A stretch of DNA of 64,000 nt from Schmidtea nova (lineage: Eukaryota). Position 1 is the first letter of the stretch, and every line of letters begins with the position of its first letter. This document shows positions 36,378-47,100 of the stretch, in pieces. The DNA is taken from NCBI GenBank assembly GCA_044892505.1, contig CM097882.1, positions 209,870,001-209,934,000 of the forward strand, given 5' to 3'. The notes below the pieces were generated by a model. It saw only the letters and a program-made list of their open reading frames with translations. It was not told where the DNA came from and did no database searches. Both the position numbers and the translations under genes were made by a program.

Positions 36378-36914
36378 TAAATCGATCTTTGTGGGAAAAA
36401 GTGAATTCGATATCTGCGGACAGTTTTAGAGCGCCTGAACCGGGATGAAATTGAATTTAGCGAGGAAAAATAAAGTAAATAATAACGGTGGGTCTGAGGG
36501 TCCTGAAGCAAAAATGAATCGGGTTGAAAAATAATAAATAAAAGTATGAGTGTAAAATAATGAGATTGATGAACGGGATAAAAGTATGCATGAAAATGAA
36601 AGTATGAATGATAATGGAATGGAAGTATGAGGATGAATGAAGCAGGATGAATAGTATGTGGAGTAACAGTATGAAAAGTGATGAAAAGTATGCATGACGT
36701 AAAGTAAAAGTATGCTGAAAAGTGTGTATGAAAATGGTATGAGTGTGAGCAACTAACAATGATCATGTCGGGGCGACATTCAAGAACACGGGGGGATACG
36801 CAAGTAGTGACGCGAAACAGAACAACAAAAACCGAACAGTAGGGCTACCATAGAATAGGAATAATAAATAATAAATAAAAATCGATAAGAAATTAATGGT
36901 AATTCATTCAGGGG

Positions 36915-37373
36915 ATGGAGAACAAAATGAAAGAAATGCAAACGTTTTTCGAAACAAACAACGAGACAGTGGAGACAATAACGAGAAAGTTAAGACGACT
37001 CGAAGTAGGAGGATATCACGAGCCGACAAACAACACAGAAAGAGCCGAAATGATAATGAGCATAAGCGAGAATAAGAACACAGTGGATACAGCAACACGA
37101 TATCAGTGGTATAGAGAGCGATTAAACAACCCTGAGATGAATATCGAGTGTCACAGGCTAGAACAACAGTTAACAACAAAACACGACGAGTGGACGAGAA
37201 TAACAACAGAACATACGAGACAATATTTGACGTGTTATATCTGTGAAATGAACAAAATACAGATAATGTTGTTGCCATGTGGGCATTTTCGATTCTGTAA
37301 TGAATGTGAAATAAATGAACGATGTCCTATGTGCAACCTTCCCGTATCTGAGAAAGTAACAGTGTACTTGTAA
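36915..37373 (+). CDS. 152-aa protein with C-terminal IAP/MDM2-type C3HC4 RING; putative E3 ligase, no BIR seen
   Basis: CYICEMNKIQIMLLPCGHFRFCNECEINERCPMCNLPVSEKVTVYL*. Confidence 0.85.
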   Translation: MENKMKEMQTFFETNNETVETITRKLRRLEVGGYHEPTNNTERAEMIMSISENKNTVDTATRYQWYRERLNNPEMNIECHRLEQQLTTKHDEWTRITTEHTRQYLTCYICEMNKIQIMLLPCGHFRFCNECEINERCPMCNLPVSEKVTVYL

Positions 37374-38084
37374 TAGAAATAAAGTTTTGAACAAGTGCAG
37401 TTGTTGTTGAAATTATGAGGGTTTAAAAATGATTTGGTAAAAATGACCTAAGTAATTATGAGCTACTTACGAGTAGTCCGTTAAGCACCTATTGGGGGGA
37501 ACCAACTGATCAACTCACCCGAGATGTGTAGAAAGGGATCCAATCGCGGATATTGGAAAGCTCTTGTGATGTGACTGATCACCACATCGTGCATCAGTGG
37601 ACCAATGCGATCTTTTTATATATTTTGGTTGGGGTGAAAGGTAGGGACAACTTAATGAGGTGTAGGCGCGCGCAGAAAAAAACTATAAAAATAGGAGGAT
37701 AAACTGATCAGTAAAGAGAGAGAGAAAGCAATGAAATGAGTAAGATGAATAGCGAAACGTGGTATATGATGAAAGGCACGTAATCAGCTCGCATAAGGTA
37801 AAATCAAGTAGAAAGGTTGACGAATCGATAATAGAATAAAGGGGTATAACAGATGAACCGAGTAAATGGTAAACTCGAGGTTAAAGGAAATCCTTGAAAG
37901 AAAGGAAATGATAAAAGGGGTCCTGGAGAGAAAGGATTTGCCCATAGTTCTTGAAAGATAGAACTTAACAAAACGCGACAATAGATTCTCCGAAGAAGCA
38001 TAAGTGACCAATGAGAGGAACATCTCGAAGCAACACATGCAACCACTGAGAGATGATATTTCGAGTTTTCGTTCGTGAGCATAG

Positions 38085-38633
38085 GTCTCATAGTGAGCAT
38101 AGGTCTCGTCATAAAAATAACATCCTAGTGAGCATAGGTCTCGTCATAAAACACAACACCATAGTGAGCATAGTTCTCGTCCGTAAATATAAATCTCGTA
38201 GTGAGCAGAGTTCTCATTAATAAACACAAGACCAGCGAACATAGTCCTCATCAGTGAGCGTAGTTCTCATTAATAAACATAGTCATCGTAGTGAGCGTAG
38301 TTCTCATCAGGAAACATAATTCCTGTAGTCACCATCAGTGAGCATAGTTCTCATCGGGGAACATAGTCCCCGGAGCAAAGAGTTTCCATCAGTAAGCAAA
38401 ACCCTCATAACAACCATGTTTTGCTAGTGAGCATAGTTCTCCTCAGTGAGCATAGTTCTCGTCAGTGAGCATAGTTCTCGTCATTGAGCATAGTTCTCGT
38501 CATTGAGCATAGTTCTCGTCATTGAGCATAGTTCTCGTTAGTGAGCATAGTTCTCGTCATTGAGCATAGTTCTCGTCATTGAGCATAGTTCTCGTTAGTG
38601 AGCATAGTTCTCAGCTATGAGCATAGTTCTCGT
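38085..38633 (+). repeat. Array of the GAGCATAGTTCTC core: 11 tandem 19-bp copies (38427-38633) plus dispersed upstream copies
   Basis: (G/T)TGAGCATAGTTCTCGTCA, read directly. Confidence 0.95.
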
Positions 38634-38959
38634 TTGAAATAAGATAGTGAGTAAAAAGCCCACGAGAAAGACGACGAAGTGAGGCAGATGAGGACTAAAT
38701 TACGTATAAAACTATCCGGATAGTGAAGATCAACAAGCGATAATGGAGATGAATAAATGATAATGAGGATAAATGATGAATAGTGAAAATGAATAGCGAA
38801 CAATGAGGAATAAGGGTTGAAAGAAACCGAATTAATAATGAGAGAGTTGAAGGTGCGCACCTGGGTATGGATAAACGCGAGTAAAGCTGATTATGTGGCC
38901 TAATGACGTCAAAGTATGCATACAGAGGAGTAGTGAAGTAAAGTGAGTAAGTGAAGGGT

Positions 38960-39422
38960 GCTGAGTGGAAAACCCAGCAGACCATGAGATTCGATGGGAA
39001 TAAAATGAAACCGGTTTGTTAAGACAGGTAAAGTGGTAAAGACGCTAGCTGGAAAACCCAGCAGGTCAATGATAACGATCAGGAAAGATCGAGAGAATAA
39101 AAGTGAGTAATAATAAAGTGGTGAAATTGAGGACGCTGACTGGAAAACCCAGCAGGTCAAAAGTGATGATCATCAGAGTAAAGAGCAGTTAAAAGTCGAC
39201 AGTAAAGAGATAAAGGGTGAATAATAAGAGCGCTGACTGGAAAACCCAGCAGGTTAATGAAACGACAGTCGTGGTCGAGAATAACGAGATAACAGTAAAA
39301 GGTGAGATTAAAAGCGCTGACTGGAAAACCCAGCAGGCTAATGAGATAATGAGTGAAATTGAGAGAAACAGAGTTCGAGATAAAAGGTGAGATTAAAGGC
39401 GCTGACTGGACAGCCCAGCAGG
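38960..39422 (+). repeat. Six spaced copies of GCTGACTGGAAAACCCAGCAGG (period 84-97 bp)
   Basis: Copies start near 38960, 39044, 39135, 39232, 39316 and 39401. Confidence 0.9.
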
Positions 39423-40298
39423 CCAACGAGAGATGTCAGTGGAATCAAAGGTGAGTAGAGATGAGAATTGAAATGAAGTAGTAAACGTAGTATGAATAGG
39501 AAATAAAGCGAATAGCCGAGAAACAGAGTAGTCGACAGATAAGGGGAAATTTGAACTCAGAGCCAGAGAAGCCTGAGAAAAGTAAAGGGGATAATAAGAG
39601 CGCTGAGCGACAAAGTAATTGGGGAACTGGGGAAAAGTAATTGGTGTATTTGATAAAGAATAGATAATTGATGCGACTGCATAGATAATTTAAATAGACT
39701 TAAAATCAAGGGAAATGGGAAAAATGGGGATCTTCATGAATTATGACTACACCCGTGAGAGGGACGAGAAACACGATAACGGGGACGTATCGTGTAAGTG
39801 ATTATTTGTTTTAAGGAAACAAATCAATCAAGCAATTCAAAGCAATCTAGCAGTCAGAGCAATCAAAGGAAACAAATCAAAGAAGAAGCAAAGCAAAAGC
39901 GGAGTAGAAAATCAGTTGAGAATATAAGAAGTTGAGGAATAGACAAAATTGAGGGACGAGAAACAAGATCAGGTATAATACCAATCTTAACGGAAGCAGA
40001 AAGAAAAGCAGCAAAAAGGACAAGAACAGGTAACAAGCCTAAGCAACAAAAGAACAAACAAGTAGAGATCAGCGATAATTCGAGTAATAAAGAGAACCAA
40101 GAAGAAACCCCAGAAGATCTAGAAGTACAAAACGAAGTAGAGACGATAGACAGTGAACTAGTCAGGGAAAACAGAACAAGAAGCGAATCAAGAGATAACG
40201 AAACAGAGAGTAGTGAAGAAGAAGAGTCGAATTCAGAAACAAGTGGTGAACTAGAAGCAAAGAAAACTAGTACAGTATTCCAAGACAGTGGAATCGGG

Positions 40299-41170
40299 AT
40301 GAGTGAACACAGAGAGGATCTGAGAGAAAAATTCAAGGGCGAACCATTCAATGGAGACGCCAGTAGATTGGACACGTTTCTAAAGGAATTTGGCATATTC
40401 GTGGATATATGCGGATGGAGTGCAGAAACGTTGGCAAATCGAATCCCGCTATACTTGAAAGATAGCGCATTGGATCTGTATATTGAAAAGAGATCTGGAA
40501 GTAGTCCACCCAGAACGTGGGAAGCAATCAAGGAGTTCTTCCAACAGACGTTTGGGATAAATAAAGTATTAAACGAAGCGTTCGATGAGTTTTCTGCAAG
40601 AAAACAAAGGAGAAACGAGTCAAATGCGGTGTACGCAAGCGAATTAAGAAAGTTGGCGAAACTGGCATTCAACAGAGGAAGCCCAGTAGATGAAGAATTG
40701 ATGACAGCGTTATTCGTACGAGGTCTCAGGAGACCTGACATCAGAGCACAAGTGGGATGCAAAGGATGTAAAACAGTAGATGAAGCGTTGGAAGCAGCCA
40801 ACCTATTCGAATTGCATATGGCAATGAATGACATGAGAATTACGGCGGTAATGGGAAAAATGACAGAAGATGAAGAACAAGGAAAAAGAAACATGAATCA
40901 AAGTATTCCCCATTCGCAGAGATTGTTCAAAGAACCGCCAGCGAGGAAAAATAATGGATATATCACAGTAAACCCGAATGGAGGAAACAGTTACAATGAC
41001 AGGCAGAATAGGCAATGTCAGACGTGTGGAAAAAACGGACATTGGCAACAAGATTGTTTTCAGAATGTAGCCTGCAAACTGTGTGGACAAAAAGGTCACT
41101 CAGAAAATCGATGTTATGGGAAAACGTGTTACACATGTGGAAAAACCGGACACATGTCAAGAGACTGTAA
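40299..41170 (+). other. gag: Gag: capsid-like domain and three CCHC zinc knuckles
   Basis: FNGDASRLDTFLKEF...W..IKEFF...RKQRRNES..YASEL; CQTCGKNGHWQQDC, CKLCGQKGHSENRC, CYTCGKTGHMSRDC. Confidence 0.92.
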
Positions 41171-44100
41171 TCAACAGAGAAGTTGGTCAAACAGTGGAAA
41201 TAGACCGAATTACGGGAATCGACCAAGCTATGGGAATCAGGGTCAGCAACGGAACAACCCAAACAGCAGTGCAAATGAAGTCAGTATGAAAGAAGCCAAG
41301 TTGAGACAGGAGGTATCCAGATTACACGAGATAATCGAAAGCATGGCAAAAGGAAGCCAACAAGCTGCTCAACCAAAGATAAACATGATCCAGTTAATAG
41401 AAGCTGAGGCTGAAAGAGAAAATAGAGAAAGCCAACAGAAACATAATCAAGAATGGGCTAGAATACGACGAGAAGAAGAACAAGTCAGACAACAACGACT
41501 ACAACAGTTAAAAAAGGGAAATCCAAGGATCAACATGATGCGAGCAAGGATGGAAAAGAAGCAGCAGGATGAGTCAGACGAGTTAGAAGTTAAAGAGAAA
41601 AGAAACGAAGAGCAGAAACAAGAAGAAGTGAATCAGGAAGTAGAAGTCGCAGAGCAGAATCAAAAAGCTGAAGAAGTAGAAAAAGAAACGAATCAAGAAG
41701 CGGAAGTAAGAATCAAACAAAGAGGAATGTTGGTGATCATGCCGAATGATCACGTATGGCGATTCAAATATGATGTAAAAGAAGAAGTAGGAAGACTGTT
41801 CAATAAAGTAAATGAGATGATTCCGGGAGTAACGAAACTACCCAGAGAAGCATTCCTACAAACAGAGGATTTACCGGAAGTGAAGTTAAAGATGACTGAT
41901 ATATGGGAAGATATGGGAGTAACGGAGACAAAAATAAACGTGATGATCATCAGAGAGGTGGAACCGGAGAAAATCCCACCACCAGTGAAACATCAAACTC
42001 GGATCAGTCGAATATTCAAAGGAAAAATAAGACGAAGACGGTTGGAAGAAATAGATGAGTTGGAGAAAAGAATGGGAAAAGCTGAAGTAACAGGAAACGA
42101 GAATGAACTAATACAAGAAGTTAGCAAAAACGAAGCGAGACCAACCGCACATATTGGGATGCTGAGACACCCAAGACAAGAGTTGTCAGATGAAGAAGAC
42201 AACAGCGAAGTTAGCAGTCTGGCAGGAGACATGCTAAAGGAACCGGAAAACGAGGACAAAAAGATGGAAGTAGTTGAGACGATGGAAACAGTGTCAGTAA
42301 CGGAAGACGAAATTCAGAAGCTGATGGATAACGCGTTGGAAGTAATCCATAACGAGGAGTTTATCGACAAGAAACGATACCGAAAGTTTATACGAGCAGT
42401 ATGGCAAATGAAGTACAAAGAGTGGTTACAAGAAAGAGAAGTGAGAGTAATACAAGAGTTCATAGAGAAGTTATTGAAAGAACCACTCAACGAATACGTA
42501 ATACAAATATGGATAAACGAGTGTTCACCGAGAATCTGGATAAGGAACCCAATGACAGACGGAATTTACCGATGGGTTGAGGACAGATTGGGAAGCTCGT
42601 ACAAAGACAAATTCATATACTCAGAAAACGGATTGGTGAGAAAAGGAACGCATATGATAGACACGGGCATCTGGCCAGGAGAAATAACAACGTTATCAAT
42701 ACGCAACACCAAAAAGGAAGAGAACTTACAAGGAATCGTCAAAGAAGCGAATACGTGTTATGAGATGAGAATAAAACCTCAGTTGCTAGAGGCAAAGGAA
42801 AGAATCTTGGCGGAGAATTTGAATACGATAATAGAACAGATCATCCAACAAATCAAGAAACATCGAAAGGAATTGACGAAAAGCGAGTATGAGAATTTGA
42901 AACAGTGTATCGAGAACATACGAGATACGAGTCAAACGAGACATTCAAATTTCAAGACGGACAAGCTAATTGCAAAGATGGGAAAAGAAATGTTTAAACG
43001 AGGTGAGGTATCAGATCTGAAGATTACCGTGAGATTACCAAACGAAGAGACAAAACAAATTGAGGTAATACCAGATAGTAAAGTGGGAGAAATAGTAGAT
43101 GTCATCAATGAGACGATATTACAACGAGAACGAGAAGACGAATTCGAGGATTACATTGCGATAAAATACAAAGAACACCTACTAAACGAACGTGACGAAA
43201 GACGAGCGTATAAAATCGGCATATGGGATAATTATCAGACAATACATGTCATCAGAATGGATGATGTGCAAAGAGCAACACCAAAAGATGAGGAAAGGAG
43301 AAAGAAACGACAAGAGGACGTTATGCGTAAGCTGAGGCAGATAGTAGAAATCTATCGGAACTGGCAGATGAAGCCAGAATTGGAGACAATATTGGGAGAA
43401 TTGGATCTTAACAGACGACGAGTGACGCCAGTAGGGAAACAATGGGATAGTAAAGAGAAATGTTGGAAAGTGAAAAGAGGCGTGTATGAAGAAGATCCGG
43501 AAGTGGAAGACAGATACGAACCGAATACGAAACGGATATGTATGGTAACAAGGAGGTTATTACCAACGGACTTAGACGGACCAGAAACTGCAGTAATATG
43601 GGCAGAATTGGAGAAACAGAAAACGAGTGAATTGATCGAGCTGTTGAGAGGAAATACTCGGGGGAAAAGACAAACAATAAAAGGCTTAGCACAATTCATA
43701 ATCTCAAATGGAGAAGACATAACGAACTTGAGAAAAGTAGCTAAAGCGATAGCAGAATACAAGAGAGTTAATGAGTGGTGTCCAGAGCAACTAGACGATG
43801 TAATAAAAAAGTGGAGAAACAGAGAATTCGCGGAGGAAATGCCACAGAAAATACATTTGAGGATAATGTATCCGAATCAAAGAAAAGAAGAGTTTTGGGT
43901 GATGCTAACAGAGAAAGTGAAAAGTATTAAAGAGAAACTGATGTATGAACTACCATTCCACCTGCAACATCAAGGACGATCGTTGGATAATAGTTTGGAA
44001 ATCTGGCTGACACCAGTACAATTGGACCTAATGAACACGCTAACAGTGGCACAAATAGTGGGTCAACCACTGAAGTTTAAAGAGGAAAAGAAACCGAAAG

Positions 44101-47100
44101 GAAGCATGAGTACACCAAGTCCGATGAAGTCAACAATGACCCCAGGAACAAGTTCGGGACAAGCAAGGACAACACCAATAAAAACGAGAGAGAGAACACC
44201 GCCAGAAGCGTATGATGTGGATGAGATACTAACCGACAGTGACGAAGCAATAGAAGAATTAACGAAACTGACTCAAAAACCAACGGCGAACATTTTTGAC
44301 AAAATAATAGAGATGCCAATAACGTCACCAGCAGAAATCGACGATCAAGGAGTGGAACAAGAGGTAGTCATAGAAATGGTAAACGATTCGGAAGACGAGC
44401 AAGAACAACCACAATTTACTCAGGAAATGGAAAGATGGTTGGAACAACGAGCAAACGAAGGAAGAGATGTTACCGAAGAAACCGGAAGAGCAACGAGATT
44501 TGTAGAAACCGGAACTGGAATGGAAAAACGACCAAGAGGAAGACCAAAGATAGATCCAACAACAGCAATCCCAAAGACAAGGGAAGAAAGGAGACAAGAG
44601 CAATGGGAGATTTGCTTAAAGAAATTAGACAAAATCGCAGAAATCAGAGGAAAAGAGGAGAATCAAGTCTGCCAAGGAGAGGAATGGCTCACCAAAACGA
44701 TAATGGATGTGTTAGCAATAATTGACCCAGAATTAAAGAATTTGTGGCGGATAAACGAACCTAGTACAAAGGCAAAGATGCTACACAATGCAATAGCACC
44801 GATTATGCCAGAATTGATAAAAGCGAAAACAAAATCAAATCATCTAGATTGGCAAGGAACCACGAGGTTAATAAAAAGGCTACTTAGCGGAGCAGAGACG
44901 GACAGCAAATATCTGGTAGCAATCTCGTATACGATATACAATCTGTTAACGCTAAGCCGAGGAAGTCCGAAGTCAAGTCCGATGGGAAGACATATCAAGA
45001 ATACGGCGATGATTATCGAGAAGGAAATTGAACCATATATCCTCAGAAAAGGAGGATGGGAAAAGTTCATAAAAGAGAACCAGACAAAAGAGGGTTCAAA
45101 CGTGATGAGAAAGAAACTTGAAGGAGTATTGAGAGAAATGGAGAATAGACAAACAATGCAAGGAAACGGAAGATCGACGTTGAATTTAAACTCGATAATC
45201 ATGATGATGTTAGTATGGTTGTTAAGCACAGAGGGTGTAACAACATTTGAAGTATTTGATTGCGATCAAATGAAGTTAGGAGAAAAGTACTCATTGAGAG
45301 GTACGGAGCAATGCAAAGATGCAACTCCAGTAGAGTTAAAAGAGATTAAAAAAGAACAATGGTACCACGTATATCAAGAGGCAGAACTAATAAAGACAAT
45401 GGTGAATGAATGCAAAGTACAAAAGACGAGATTCGCATTCTATTGTGGTAGAGGACATTATTCAGCAATTGTCATGCCAGGAACCGAAAGAGAACCAATC
45501 GTGTTGCAAGGAGAAGACTGCGAAGCATTGTTTAAACATGGAGAAGTAACAACGAGAGATAAAATCAAGATAAGAGGAAAGCCAGGAATGATGTTGCAGC
45601 AGACGTATTATGTAGCAGGACGGATTACGGGAGGAGAAGGATATTGTCAAGGAGAAACCTACCCAATATTCGGGGTACCTGCAACCAACTTAGTAGTGAT
45701 GGATACGTACATAGTCGAACTGAAAAGCTACGAGGCATTCTTCGAACCAACAACAGGAGAAATGAAAACGTTATCCATGTGTAAAATTGACAGAAGCATG
45801 TGTCAAACGGGAATGTCAACATTGGTGTATAAACCAAAAGTGAACGAATGTCAATTACAACTGCTACAAGGAGCAAAGTTCGACGAAATACAAGGAAAAA
45901 CGTTTCAAGAAGAGGACGATGATGACAAGGCTAGAGCAAAGCATCTCAAAGAAGCTTTAGAGAATAAAAGACAATTGAAACCAGATCATAGAGAAAAACG
46001 AATAGAGATGAGAACAACACCAACAGTGTTGATAACCACAAATCAGGATGTGGGCATGAGATTCATAAAAGGGAAAGCAACCCTTAAGTGCAGTACAACA
46101 GTATACGAAACGAATTATCCAGGAATATACGTGTCGAAACAAGAAGTGCCGAATGCGAAACCCAAGATCGACACAATGGATATCAAGCTACACTTGTATG
46201 TGAATAATAAAATGGATTTCTTATTCCATAGAGGACAAGCCTCATTGCAAAAAGTGTACTATGATCTGATAAACAACGATTGTATACTGAACCGGGAAAT
46301 ATTGAAGACAAAGTTGGCCGTAGCGATTACGAATCCAGATAGCGCGATGCCGTTATTACCACTGAGAGAAGGACATTTCGGAAGAGTGGTTGGAGAGGCA
46401 ATGTATGTATACATTTGCGAAAAGACACACGCATCGTTAGCAGCAACAACGCAGTTGAAGCCTGGACAATGTACAAACGAACTAGAAATCGATTATAAAG
46501 GAAAAGTACGATATGTTCAACCGGTGACGAGAATCATCAATCCACCAGGGTTTGAACCAAATCCATTCAACTGTAGTAATGCGTACGGACCGCTTTATCA
46601 GAAGCCAGATGGCAAATGGGTAATGTTCCCAGGAAGAACCGAAGTATTAGCACCAAGAGAATTTGAGCTAATGCAGTTGTCAAAAGATAGACAGTTCAGC
46701 GACGTAGATGTCTCAAACAACGGAATCTATAGCCCAAAAGATTTAGAAGCAGCCAGACAGAATATACTATTTCCGGCAAGAAGAGAAGCATTACTGTCAA
46801 ATATCGTAACGATAACGGGAGGAACGGATTATCGAGAAGGACCGAATTACGAACTGTTGTTGTCACCGGCACATTTCAAGAAAGCCACAGAAAACATGAT
46901 GAAGGCAATGTGGGGAAGATTCCTGATATTCGGACAAATGATGGCTGGAATACTGGGAGTGATATTGATAATACAAATCGTCAGAGTGATAATAACGCAA
47001 ATGTTAGCGTGCTTCGATATCTACAAGAGAGAAAAGAAAGTGAATTGGAAAATGGTAGTAGGATTTTTACCATTCCTTGCGAAAACGATGGTGTTGCACG

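Noticed and set aside
36377-36766. Overlapping minus-strand His/Phe/Ile-rich ORFs after the PBS
   Set aside because: Products of low-complexity AAAGTATG/GATGAA repeats; not conserved in A.
38960-39422. CRISPR array
   Set aside because: Eukaryotic retroelement context, no cas genes, and spacers that resemble each other (shared TAAAAGGTGAGATTAAA), so it is a degenerate tandem repeat.
39813-39935. Spliced-leader AUG supplying the start of the Gag extension
   Set aside because: The candidate acceptor is in frame in B but off by one in A, and an in-frame stop follows in both; kept only as an untested option.
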